A stretch of DNA of 32,980 nt from the NCBI GenBank assembly GCA_038529885.1, contig JBCBDI010000001.1:1-32980 (forward strand). The letters run 5' to 3'. Below are positions 9,880 to 18,415 of the stretch, piece by piece. Under the pieces are notes generated by a model that ran no database searches, was not told where the DNA came from, and saw nothing but the letters and a program-made list of their open reading frames with translations. Within the stretch, counting starts at the first letter, position 1. Every line of letters begins with the position of its first letter. The stretch comes from Pseudomonadota bacterium. Lineage in GTDB: Bacteria; Pseudomonadota; Alphaproteobacteria; Caulobacterales; Hyphomonadaceae. The position numbers were made by a program, and so were the translations under genes.

Positions 9880-10442
9880 CACAGCTTGTCCTGGCGAGTG
9901 CAAGTCCGCGGCGACGACAGCTGCTGGATCAGATTGGCGTCACACCAGATGCCGTCCAACCGGCTGATATTGATGAGACCCCGCAGACAGGGGAACGCCC
10001 GCGCGCCTATGCGGAACGGCTGGGTATAGAGAAGGCACAGGCGGTGCACCAGGTGGGGCAATACACGTTGGCCGGTGATACCGTGGTGGCGCTTGGACGG
10101 CGCATTCTGCCAAAGGCCGAGACCGATCAAGAAGTGCGGGACTGTTTGGCGCTCATCTCAGGCCGCGCGCATCATGTCATGACCTCGGTCTGTTTGATAG
10201 GACCAGACGGTGCGATGGCGCATCGCTTGAGTGATACACGGGTCATCGTGAAACGCCTCTCTCGAGCGGAAGTGGACGCTTACATTGCCAGCGGCGAGGG
10301 CATCGGGAAGGCGGGTGGCTATGCCATCCAGGGCCTGTTTGGCGCGCATATCAAACAGATTTCTGGCAGCTATACCGGCGTCATGGGCTTGCCCGTGCAT
10401 GAGACGGCGCAATTGCTCACCGGGCTTGGCTACCGGTTGTAG
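9876..10442 (+). CDS. maf: Maf nucleoside-triphosphate pyrophosphatase (YhdE-like subtype)
   Basis: LVLASASPRRRQLL, IDETP, GDTVV, ILPKA, GKAGGYAIQG and GSYTGVMGLP. Confidence 0.95.
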   Translation: MTQLVLASASPRRRQLLDQIGVTPDAVQPADIDETPQTGERPRAYAERLGIEKAQAVHQVGQYTLAGDTVVALGRRILPKAETDQEVRDCLALISGRAHHVMTSVCLIGPDGAMAHRLSDTRVIVKRLSRAEVDAYIASGEGIGKAGGYAIQGLFGAHIKQISGSYTGVMGLPVHETAQLLTGLGYRL

Positions 10443-11293
10443 AAGTCGAACTCGATTTGATATTGCAAATGCCCATCGCCCATTGAGAGGTCGTAATTCT
10501 CAAACCCATAGACATAGTCGAACCGCACTGATTGTGAGGGGAGGTCGACCGCGTTGCGGACCCGGATTGACTGTTGAAACTCCATGATCCGGGTCGGTGT
10601 CCCGAGCATGTCACCGAGATCATTCACCAGGCCAATCGTGCGGATATAATTGCCGTTTCGGGCATTGGCGCCAAATGCCATGCCATCATCCGTGCCATTG
10701 CGAGTGACGCCGTAGGAAAAGCCGATATTGCGCAGCTGCTCGGTTGAGTTTAGCCCGCCGCCAGGCCCGACCAATTGCGCCTCGGCTGTGACGAAAAAGT
10801 CCGTCCGGGAAGAGAGATAGAAGCTGCGCTGGGCTGAGGTATCCGCCGCGACCAGGTCGGTGCTAAGCGTCATGGCGAAAGGGTCCAGCGTATCGCCGGC
10901 ATCCAAGAACCCGCTATTATCTGTATCAATCGGAAGGCGGTCGGGGACACCGTCGCCATTGGTGTCGATGCCGAGCGTGACGCCTTGGTCTTCCAAAGGC
11001 ACACTGTGAAAGCCCTCGGTGCGCGAGCCCGTAATAACTGGGTTCACGCCGCCTGCGCCTTGAAACGGATTGCCCGTCCAGGGGATCATCCGGCCGCCAA
11101 CCGGCACTGTGCCACCGGTCGAAAAAACGTAATTGTCGTAGACGTCGAATGAGAACCCGTCATGGACAATCACGCAGCCATAGGTGCGGCAGTAAAAATC
11201 AGAATCCAGCCATGAGGCGGCTGCACTCGGCGCTAGGGTGAGCGCCGAGAGGAAAGCCCCCAAAGTGCGGAACCTATTCGATAGACGTCTCAT
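10430..11293 (-). CDS. Secreted hypothetical protein with Ca-binding-like loops; candidate chaperone client or pilin-like subunit
   Basis: Signal peptide (MRRLSNRFRTLGAFLSALTLAPSAAA), CRTYGC, DTNGDGVPD and DTDNSGFLDAGD loops, beta-rich body, C-terminal alternating strand YQIEFDFY. Overlaps the upstream chaperone gene. Confidence 0.8.
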   Translation of the reverse strand: MRRLSNRFRTLGAFLSALTLAPSAAASWLDSDFYCRTYGCVIVHDGFSFDVYDNYVFSTGGTVPVGGRMIPWTGNPFQGAGGVNPVITGSRTEGFHSVPLEDQGVTLGIDTNGDGVPDRLPIDTDNSGFLDAGDTLDPFAMTLSTDLVAADTSAQRSFYLSSRTDFFVTAEAQLVGPGGGLNSTEQLRNIGFSYGVTRNGTDDGMAFGANARNGNYIRTIGLVNDLGDMLGTPTRIMEFQQSIRVRNAVDLPSQSVRFDYVYGFENYDLSMGDGHLQYQIEFDFYNR

Positions 11294-12131
11294 CAGCGTC
11301 GACCGGAAGCGATGTCTCTTCGAAGGTGAGGTCTGACTTAAATGGCGCCAGCGTCACCGACCCTGTGGTGCTCTGCGGGGCGAAGATGTTCTCTAGCGTC
11401 ACAGTCACTTCAGGATTGGCCGGAACCGCCTCGGTCAAAGGCAAGCGATACTCGCGTTTAGCTTCGTCCAAGACGACCAGATTGCTGATCGGTTCGGTAA
11501 TCGTCGCGCCATCGCCTTTAATCTCGACCTCGCCGCGGAGGCGCGCATGGGCGTTGCCGGTATTTTCGAGATCAAAGACCACGAATTGCTGGCCTTCTGG
11601 AGACGTTGAGAGGGCGGCTTGTTTGACTTCTGGGCGGCTCTCCGCTTCGCCCATGGTGAGGTAGAATAGGCTCGCAATCTGATACTTTTTCCACACGCCG
11701 GATTGGCCAGAGCGCTCTTCCGGGAGCAGGGTGGAGGCGATCAGCGCAAACCGGAAGTCGCCTTCGCGATTGACCCGCATTGGGGCGGCCATGTCGACAA
11801 TGACTTGCTCGGTTTCGCCCGGCTTCAGGGTAACAAAAGCCGGGCTAAAACGAACCCAGTCGGCCGCAGATGTTGCGCTCTCACCCGGAGGGTTGAGCTG
11901 GATCTGGCCTTGCTCATCCAAGCTCCAATCGGCGAGGCCGAGGGTCAATGAAATCGTATCTTCCTGGTGGACATTGCCGAGATTGATCACTTGGCGCTGG
12001 CGGTCGCCAGGCTGGACCGACATCTCAACAGTGGTGGGTTGAAGGCCGATCCCGAACGAGGCGGCTGGAGCAGCGATTGCGGCGAGTGCGACGCCCAAAA
12101 GCCCATAGCGAAGGGTAGACTTAAAGCCCAT
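11274..12131 (-). CDS. PapD/FimC-like periplasmic pilus chaperone
   Basis: Signal peptide, IGLQPTTVEM first strand, WVRFSPAFVTLKPGETEQV, and ENTGNAHARL in the second Ig domain. Confidence 0.75.
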   Translation of the reverse strand: MGFKSTLRYGLLGVALAAIAAPAASFGIGLQPTTVEMSVQPGDRQRQVINLGNVHQEDTISLTLGLADWSLDEQGQIQLNPPGESATSAADWVRFSPAFVTLKPGETEQVIVDMAAPMRVNREGDFRFALIASTLLPEERSGQSGVWKKYQIASLFYLTMGEAESRPEVKQAALSTSPEGQQFVVFDLENTGNAHARLRGEVEIKGDGATITEPISNLVVLDEAKREYRLPLTEAVPANPEVTVTLENIFAPQSTTGSVTLAPFKSDLTFEETSLPVDADETSIE

Positions 12132-12263
12132 GATGCAAATCTCTCATTCATATTATTATTTTCTGCACGTTTAGGACAAACGGGTTACTGGAGAGTTTCT
12201 AAGCTGGAATCGCGCTGAAACCGCCTGCTTGCCGCGGACGCAGCGCTCGGGTAACGCGAGATT

Positions 12264-12959
12264 ATGAAGATACCAGGCCGTAAACGTCGCCCCCATATCG
12301 CCGCCGATCTGTCCACGGTGCCAGGTCGCGCGCGAGCAGAACGTGAAATGACGCTGAGCGATCATGGCTTCCTGCGGGAGTCGTTCCAGAATCTGCACCA
12401 AATCAGCGATGAGATGTGGCGTTCTAACCAGCCCAATCCCCGTCAGATTGCCGAACACGCGCGGGTGCGGGGGATTAAGACCATTCTCAATCTGCGCGGG
12501 GACAGCACCAAGGGCTATTATCTCCTGGAAAAGGAGGCCTGTGAGGCGGCGGGCATTGAGCTGGTGGATTTTCGCGTCTATTCCCGCGATACACCGACGG
12601 TCGAGCGGGTGTTCGAGGCCAAGCAGTTGTTCGAGCAAATCGCTTATCCAGCCCTGATGCATTGCAAATCCGGGGCAGATCGCGCGGGTCTTATGAGCAC
12701 GCTCTATATGATTTTCCGCATGGGTGAGCCGGTCAGCGTTGCGGCGCGGCAATTGTCCAAGAAATACCTGCACATGAAAGAGGGCAAAACCGGGCTGCTG
12801 GATGCCTTCTTCGAGGCCTATGTTGAGGCTGAAGCTGCAACAGGTGTTGGCTTTGAGGATTGGCTGAAGACTGAATATGACCGCGAGAAGCTGAAATCAG
12901 ACTTCCTCAATTCTGGCCAGGGGCGCTTGCGGCTCGATTGGCTTTTACGGCGCGAATAA
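12264..12959 (+). CDS. Cys-based dual-specificity/tyrosine phosphatase-like protein
   Basis: P-loop HCKSGADRAG (CX5R), WRSNQP and GIKTILNLRG. Confidence 0.88.
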   Translation: MKIPGRKRRPHIAADLSTVPGRARAEREMTLSDHGFLRESFQNLHQISDEMWRSNQPNPRQIAEHARVRGIKTILNLRGDSTKGYYLLEKEACEAAGIELVDFRVYSRDTPTVERVFEAKQLFEQIAYPALMHCKSGADRAGLMSTLYMIFRMGEPVSVAARQLSKKYLHMKEGKTGLLDAFFEAYVEAEAATGVGFEDWLKTEYDREKLKSDFLNSGQGRLRLDWLLRRE

Positions 12960-13037
12960 ACGCTTTTTCCTCTGGCCTTGGTGTGGGATTCGTGGAACCT
13001 TCCTTGCGTGCGAAACATCGAGGAAAGGGGTTCGCCA

Positions 13038-13355
13038 ATGAAAAAGATCATCTTTGCATCCGTATTTGCCCTGGGATTGGCCGCATGCGGCGGCGGTGGC
13101 GGCGGCGCAAAAGCCGCTCTTCTAAAATCTTGTGTGGATGACGGAAGCACCGACGAGCAGACCTGCTCCTGCATGGCAGATATGGCCGTCGACAAACTGG
13201 ATCCAAAGCTCGTCAACGTTCTGGTCGAAGCGACCAAAGCCGAAGACGAGGACGCTTACATGATGTCTAAAATGGGTGAGTTGAGCCCAGATGAATTGAC
13301 GCAATTCATGACGGTCATGATGAGCGCGGCCACTGAATGTGGCATGGAAATGTAA
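13038..13355 (+). CDS. Small Cys/Met-rich lipoprotein of unknown function
   Basis: ATG 13038 follows AGGAAAGGGG. Lipobox LAA-C, a Gly6 tether, then four more Cys. Confidence 0.85.
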   Translation: MKKIIFASVFALGLAACGGGGGGAKAALLKSCVDDGSTDEQTCSCMADMAVDKLDPKLVNVLVEATKAEDEDAYMMSKMGELSPDELTQFMTVMMSAATECGMEM

Positions 13356-13380
13356 GGCTTCGCGCCAGACCAATTTTTTA

Positions 13381-13418
13381 ACAGCCCGGGCCTGAAAGAA
13401 CTCAGTCGTCCGGGTTGT
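13381..13418 (+). terminator. Intergenic stem-loop (possible terminator or processing hairpin)
   Basis: ACAGCCCGGGC pairs with GTCCGGGTTGT (11 bp, two G-U pairs), with an inner CTGA/TCAG stem. It is followed only by CTTT. Confidence 0.4.
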
Positions 13419-13439
13419 CTTTGAGTGAAAGAGGACGCC

Positions 13440-13727
13440 ATGAAATTCTTCATTATCAATAGCTTCCGTTTGATGGTTTACGTTGCTTATCTCGCAACCA
13501 TCATCATTGGCCTGCTCCTGGCTTACTATAACGCTGTCCCTCAGCAGGGCGCGATGATTACCGATCTGATCGGCATTGAAGGCACGATGGCCCAGGTTCT
13601 GGCCTTTGTCGCCCTATCTGTCGGCAGCTGGATCATAGCGAGCGTTGTGGCCGGATTGATTGTGACCATTCTGGACATCCGTGACGACATTAATGACCGT
13701 CTGCCGGATGCGCGTCGCGACGACTAA
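13440..13727 (+). CDS. Small two-TM hypothetical membrane protein
   Basis: GAGGA RBS before ATG 13440; two hydrophobic helices and a charged C-terminal tail (LDIRDDINDRL). Confidence 0.75.
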   Translation: MKFFIINSFRLMVYVAYLATIIIGLLLAYYNAVPQQGAMITDLIGIEGTMAQVLAFVALSVGSWIIASVVAGLIVTILDIRDDINDRLPDARRDD

Positions 13728-13749
13728 GTTCTAAATCTGGGAGGGCCGA

Positions 13750-14136
13750 ATGAGCGCATTACAAGTCGCGTCTGTTTACATTGCGATCAATATTTTGATG
13801 CTCGTTTGGCTCGCCTTCCGCGTGGTCGCACGGCGTTTCCGCGGAAAAATCTCAATGGGTGATGGCGGATCAGAAGATCTCGCCAAAGCCATACGCGTTC
13901 ACGGCAACGCATCTGAGTATACGCCGGCCATGATGGTCGGATTGCTTGCGATCGCTTTCCTTCAGGCCCCGATTTGGGGCATCCATGCGCTCGGGATTGG
14001 CTTCACGCTTGGTCGAATTCTGCACGCGATTGGCATGGGCGGTGGACCGCTCATTCTGCGTCAGCTCGGCATGCTGATGACTTGGACAGCTATGGTCATT
14101 CTGTCGCTTGCCATGCTCTATTTGGTGTTTACTTAA
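13750..14136 (+). CDS. MAPEG family membrane protein (YecN-like)
   Basis: ISMGDGG..L.KAIRVHGNASEY and GRILHAIG; GGAGG RBS. Confidence 0.9.
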   Translation: MSALQVASVYIAINILMLVWLAFRVVARRFRGKISMGDGGSEDLAKAIRVHGNASEYTPAMMVGLLAIAFLQAPIWGIHALGIGFTLGRILHAIGMGGGPLILRQLGMLMTWTAMVILSLAMLYLVFT

Positions 14137-14143
14137 GGCCCTC

Positions 14144-14956
14144 ATGGCCGATCCCATCGCATTCACAAACCTCATAAAAGACAGCTTCGACCGGACACGC
14201 CGGTTGGTGGTGCCGTCTTTGCCTTATGCTGCGGTCTTCATCCTGGCGCTCGGTGCTTTGGTCTGGTCTGCGGGCGCTTTGCCTGAGGGCGGCGCCGGGT
14301 TCGCCGCGTTCAGCGCCATCGCGTTCGCAACGCTTTATGCGCATAGCCTGTTTTCGGCCTCCATGTATCACGCTGTGCTCGAGCACGAGACAGGGCTCAT
14401 CAGCGCGGCTTGGAAACTCACCCTTGCTTGGCTTTTGATGATCGTCATCGCATCGATCGGCGCTAGCATCATCATTCTGTTCTTCTCGCTGATCGGGTCG
14501 AGCCTTGGCGTCGTGTCAGGCGAGAGCAGTGAAAACATCACAGATATGGCCGCTCAGATGCGCGAAGGTGGAACGTTTTGGCCGCTCTTTGCGCTTTTTA
14601 TCGCAACTTTGATTGGCGTGTACTGGTTCACCGCGCGGATTATGACATTTGCTGCGGCGAGCGCGACGCGTGGGGCGGTGCATGTGTTGCGCACCTGGTA
14701 CTGGACCAAGGGCCAGTTTCGCGTTCTGGCGCCTGCGGTCGGACTATTAATTGTTATACCGCTTACGCTTGGGGCGTTTGTCGCAAACTTGGTCGTTAGC
14801 GGATGGGTTGGGACTGAGCCGCTTTCTGCAGCAACCTCAGCAGGTCTCACCATGTTGGTCATGCTTATTCTCGTGCCGACGGCCTGGATCGGACACGGGC
14901 TCGCGGCCAGCGTCTATGCGCGGGTGGCACCACCGCTCGATATTGACGAAGCCTAA
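14144..14956 (+). CDS. Multi-pass hypothetical membrane protein
   Basis: About six hydrophobic segments and the motif TWYWTKGQF. ATG 14144 lies just after the MAPEG stop. Confidence 0.75.
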   Translation: MADPIAFTNLIKDSFDRTRRLVVPSLPYAAVFILALGALVWSAGALPEGGAGFAAFSAIAFATLYAHSLFSASMYHAVLEHETGLISAAWKLTLAWLLMIVIASIGASIIILFFSLIGSSLGVVSGESSENITDMAAQMREGGTFWPLFALFIATLIGVYWFTARIMTFAAASATRGAVHVLRTWYWTKGQFRVLAPAVGLLIVIPLTLGAFVANLVVSGWVGTEPLSAATSAGLTMLVMLILVPTAWIGHGLAASVYARVAPPLDIDEA

Positions 14957-14993
14957 GCGCTCGCTACTCCTGACCATCTACAGGGAGGGAGTT

Positions 14994-15953
14994 ATGGCAA
15001 GACCATTTAGCTTTGATAATGCAGCATTCCACTTTGCGCGCGCTGAGGGGCCATCGGGATTCATCCCAAAATATCTCCTCACCTATGCGATCGGGGTTGC
15101 CCTCATCGGGGCACTTTCTTTCTTCGCGCTGCAACCGCTGATCGATGGTTATATTCAAGCCTTCGCGATGATCGCGCAGGGGGCCTCAGAAGCCCGCGTG
15201 GCGCGAGAGATCGAAGACGTGTTGGCCAACAATCTGGGACGGATCGGTCTTGGCTATTTGGCGATCATGCTCGCCTATGCGGTCTTTTGGGCGATGATGG
15301 AGAGTGCCGTCTTGCGCCGTTATGTCCGCGAAGAGGGGTTTAGCATTGGCTGGGGCGGCGACGAGTGGCGCATGCTGGCCGTTGGCCTGATGTGGCTGGT
15401 CGCCTTTATCGTGGCCTATATCGCCTTTGTGATTGCGGTGGCCATTGCGATGGTGCCGCTTGCCTCATCGGTGCAAAACGATCCAGGGCCGATCATCTTG
15501 ATCGTTGTCGCGCTCGTCTTAGCGCTCATGTTCGCCTGGGCCTTTGTTGCGGTGAAACTGTCGCCCGCTGGAGCGATGACCATCCGCGACCGCAGCGTCA
15601 CCTTTTTCGGTGCGTGGGGGGCAACCAAAGGCCGGTTCTGGCCGATGCTGGGCGCATTCGTTATTCTCGGATTGATCCTCTATGTCGGGATCTTGATCCT
15701 CTATTTCATAGGTGCCTTCGCAGTGATGGGATCGGTCATGGGCAACGTAAATGTCAGCAATGGCGAAGTTGACCCAAATGATGTGATCGCGGCCTTTTCC
15801 AGTCCGGCTGTATGGGGTCCGATCGCGCTGATCTATTTCATGATGCTCGTCTATCAGGGTGTCTGGCAATATGCCTGGGCGGGCGTGCCGTCTTTGGCCG
15901 CCAAGACCGACCCGCGCACCGGCGGTATGCATGATGCGGCCGAGCAATTCTAA
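14994..15953 (+). CDS. Multi-pass hypothetical membrane protein
   Basis: GGGAGGGAG RBS before ATG 14994; about six TM segments; motifs GGDEWR and AWGATKGRFW. Confidence 0.8.
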   Translation: MARPFSFDNAAFHFARAEGPSGFIPKYLLTYAIGVALIGALSFFALQPLIDGYIQAFAMIAQGASEARVAREIEDVLANNLGRIGLGYLAIMLAYAVFWAMMESAVLRRYVREEGFSIGWGGDEWRMLAVGLMWLVAFIVAYIAFVIAVAIAMVPLASSVQNDPGPIILIVVALVLALMFAWAFVAVKLSPAGAMTIRDRSVTFFGAWGATKGRFWPMLGAFVILGLILYVGILILYFIGAFAVMGSVMGNVNVSNGEVDPNDVIAAFSSPAVWGPIALIYFMMLVYQGVWQYAWAGVPSLAAKTDPRTGGMHDAAEQF

Positions 15954-17153
15954 CTAACGGACCACACCGGTTTTGAAGAGCGCTTCGATCTTATCCGCGT
16001 CATAACCAATTGAGGCGAGGACATCGCGCGAATGCTCGCCAAGCCGCGGAGACGGCCCGCGCGGACCCGTATCTTCGCCCGGAAAACGGATCGGGGAGGC
16101 CGGGGACGAGAAGGTCGAGCCATCGCCATTGGCGCTCGGCACTTGCGCGATCGCACCTGAGGCTTTGACCTGTGGATCGATCGCTGCCTCACCGAGGGTT
16201 TGGACGGGGGCCCATGCAATAGCTTCGGCGTCCAAACGTTCCGCAAGCTCGGCTTTGGTGTATTTCGCAAAGGCTTCGTCCATCAGCGTCACAAGACCTG
16301 AGGCATTCGCGCGCCGTGCTTTGCCCGTAATGTAACGCTCGTCTTCGATCAGTTCGGCGCGGTCCATTACCCGGCAGAGCCGCGGCCAATCGACATTGCC
16401 TTGGCGCGCGACGATGCAAATCCAGTGGTCATCTTTGGTTTTATAGAAGTTGATCAATGGTTGGATCTGTTCATGACGAGACTTCGTCGATCCGATTTTT
16501 CCAAGCAAGAGCTGAATGGCAAAGTCGGAGCCCATAGCAAACAAGGCTGCACGAAGGAGAGACGCCTCAACCAATTGGCCTTGTCCTGTGCGATGGGCTT
16601 TCAACAAGGCGGCACAAATTCCCGCCGCTGCGGCCATGCTTGTTGTGTGATCCCCAAACGCGGTACGGTTCGCGAACGGCTCTTGTCCTTTGGGAATGGT
16701 CAGGTTTGCAACCCCAGAACGCGACCAAAACGCGGCAACGTCAAAGCCTGGCCTGTTCGCGTCCGAGCCTTCGAGCCCATATCCCGTTAGCGAACAATAT
16801 ACGAGTTTTGGATTGAGCTTAAAAAGACTGGCAAAATCCAAGCCTGCGCGTTCCAGTCCGCCCGGTCTCACATTTGTGAGAAAGACATCTGCGTCGCTTG
16901 CCAATTCGCGGACAATCTTTTGGCCTTCTGGCGTGCTCGTATCGAGTGAAATGGATTTCTTGCCGCGATTGTCGAAGTCGAAGACGGGATTGTCCTGGAA
17001 GTCGGTACCGATGGTGCTGAAGAATTTGCGGAGAGGGTCACCTTGGGGGGGCTCAATCTTGATCACTTCGGCACCCCAATCGCTCAAGATGCTGCCAGCG
17101 CCCGGGGCGGCCATATAAGTGGCGTGTTCAACGACTTTTATTCCGTCCAGCAA
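15954..17153 (-). CDS. Class III CoA-transferase (CaiB/BaiF family)
   Basis: LDGIKVVE...AAPGAGSILSDWGAEVIKIEPP.GD, NRGKKSISLD, ADVFLTNVRPG, a catalytic-position Asp in AFGDH, and PRLGEHS. GGAGG RBS before the TTG start. Confidence 0.95.
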   Translation of the reverse strand: MLDGIKVVEHATYMAAPGAGSILSDWGAEVIKIEPPQGDPLRKFFSTIGTDFQDNPVFDFDNRGKKSISLDTSTPEGQKIVRELASDADVFLTNVRPGGLERAGLDFASLFKLNPKLVYCSLTGYGLEGSDANRPGFDVAAFWSRSGVANLTIPKGQEPFANRTAFGDHTTSMAAAAGICAALLKAHRTGQGQLVEASLLRAALFAMGSDFAIQLLLGKIGSTKSRHEQIQPLINFYKTKDDHWICIVARQGNVDWPRLCRVMDRAELIEDERYITGKARRANASGLVTLMDEAFAKYTKAELAERLDAEAIAWAPVQTLGEAAIDPQVKASGAIAQVPSANGDGSTFSSPASPIRFPGEDTGPRGPSPRLGEHSRDVLASIGYDADKIEALFKTGVVR

Positions 17154-17195
17154 AGTATTTCCTCCGTCAACTTCTTCTTCTCCGAGAAGTGTTGG

Positions 17196-17211
17196 TAAAC
17201 CAGGCGTTAAC
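17196..17211 (+). promoter_or_regulatory. CtrA-box-like site upstream of the DUF2336 gene
   Basis: TAAA-CCAGGCG-TTAAC, one mismatch to TTAA-N7-TTAAC. A GANTC site (GAATC) lies at 17239-17243. Confidence 0.5.
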
Positions 17212-17266
17212 CCACTTTCTGCATTTATTCATAAATCTGAATCGGTGACAGGGATTACGCCGCGAT

Positions 17267-18415
17267 ATGACTGTACAAAGCATGCGTCCGGAATTGAGCG
17301 AAGGCGATATCATTCGCTTGATGAAGGGCGAAACGTCTGAAGAGCGCGCGACCGTCGCTCACCGGCTCTGTCGCCGCATTGCGATTGACGTTTTGAGCGA
17401 TGATGAGCGCCAATTCGCCGAAGAGATTATTCAAATTCTCGCCAAAGACACCGCCGAGCTTGTCCGTCGAACGCTGTCGGTCACACTGCGCAACTCGCCG
17501 CGGCTTCCTCACAGTGTCGCGGTTCAATTGGCGCAAGATGTGGAATCAGTGGCGATCCCGGTTTTGGAGAACTCACCCGTCTTTTCTGATGAAGACCTGA
17601 TTGAGCTGGTTCTGTCCGTCACCGCCGCCAAACAGTCAGCGATTGCCGGACGCGCAACCGTTTCGAGCTCGCTGTCTGAAGTCATTTCTGAGCACGCGGC
17701 CGAAGTCGCGGTCGAGACACTCTCGGGCAATGCCGGCGCTGATCTCACAGACCGGGCGCTTGAGCACACGATTGAGCGCTTTCCGGCCAATACGCAAATG
17801 CACGAGAACCTGGTCCTGCGCGATCATATCCCGGTCCATATTGCTGAGAAAATGGTCTCGCTGGTCTCTGGCCAAGTCTTTGACATGCTCATCAACCGCC
17901 ACGAGCTGCCAGCGCAAATGGCGATCGATCTCGCAGCCGGTGCGCGCGAGCGGGCGACGATTGATCTTGTCGAGCAGGCTGGACGGACCAATGATTTGCC
18001 GAGATTTGTCTCGCAACTGAATTTGAATGGGCGTCTAACCCACTCTTTGATTATGCGCGCGCTTTGCGTCGGGCATATGCCCTTTGTCGAGCATTCGTTG
18101 GCGGAATTATCCGGCGTGCCGCATTCGAGGGCGTGGTTGATGATCCACGATGCGGGGCCGCTTGGCCTGCAAGCAATCTTTGATCGGGCCGGGCTGCATC
18201 GCAAGCTGTTACCCGCCTTCCGAGCAGCTGTGAAAGTCTTCCACGAGCTAGAGCTCGACGGCGAGTCGAATGATAAAGCGCGCTTCCGCATGCGAATGAT
18301 TGAACGCGTGCTGACGCAGTTCCAAGCCATCCCGAAAGATGATCTCGATTATCTGCTCGAAAAGCTCGATGCCTATGCCGAGCAAGCCAAGCTTCGGGAA
18401 GAAAGCGCGGCCTAG
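17267..18415 (+). CDS. DUF2336 family protein (SpbR-like polar protein)
   Basis: LAQDVESVAIPVLENSPVFSDEDLIELV, AIAGR..VS..LSEVI, LSGNAGA and FVEHSLAELSG are characteristic of DUF2336. Ends in ...EESAA. Confidence 0.85.
   Translation: MTVQSMRPELSEGDIIRLMKGETSEERATVAHRLCRRIAIDVLSDDERQFAEEIIQILAKDTAELVRRTLSVTLRNSPRLPHSVAVQLAQDVESVAIPVLENSPVFSDEDLIELVLSVTAAKQSAIAGRATVSSSLSEVISEHAAEVAVETLSGNAGADLTDRALEHTIERFPANTQMHENLVLRDHIPVHIAEKMVSLVSGQVFDMLINRHELPAQMAIDLAAGARERATIDLVEQAGRTNDLPRFVSQLNLNGRLTHSLIMRALCVGHMPFVEHSLAELSGVPHSRAWLMIHDAGPLGLQAIFDRAGLHRKLLPAFRAAVKVFHELELDGESNDKARFRMRMIERVLTQFQAIPKDDLDYLLEKLDAYAEQAKLREESAA

Noticed and set aside
14751-14993. Upstream extensions of ORFs 14751, 14108, 13425 and 12978
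   Set aside because: They overlap preceding genes or leaders. The downstream ATGs (14994, 14144, 13440 and 13038) have better RBS, operon spacing or signal-peptide context.
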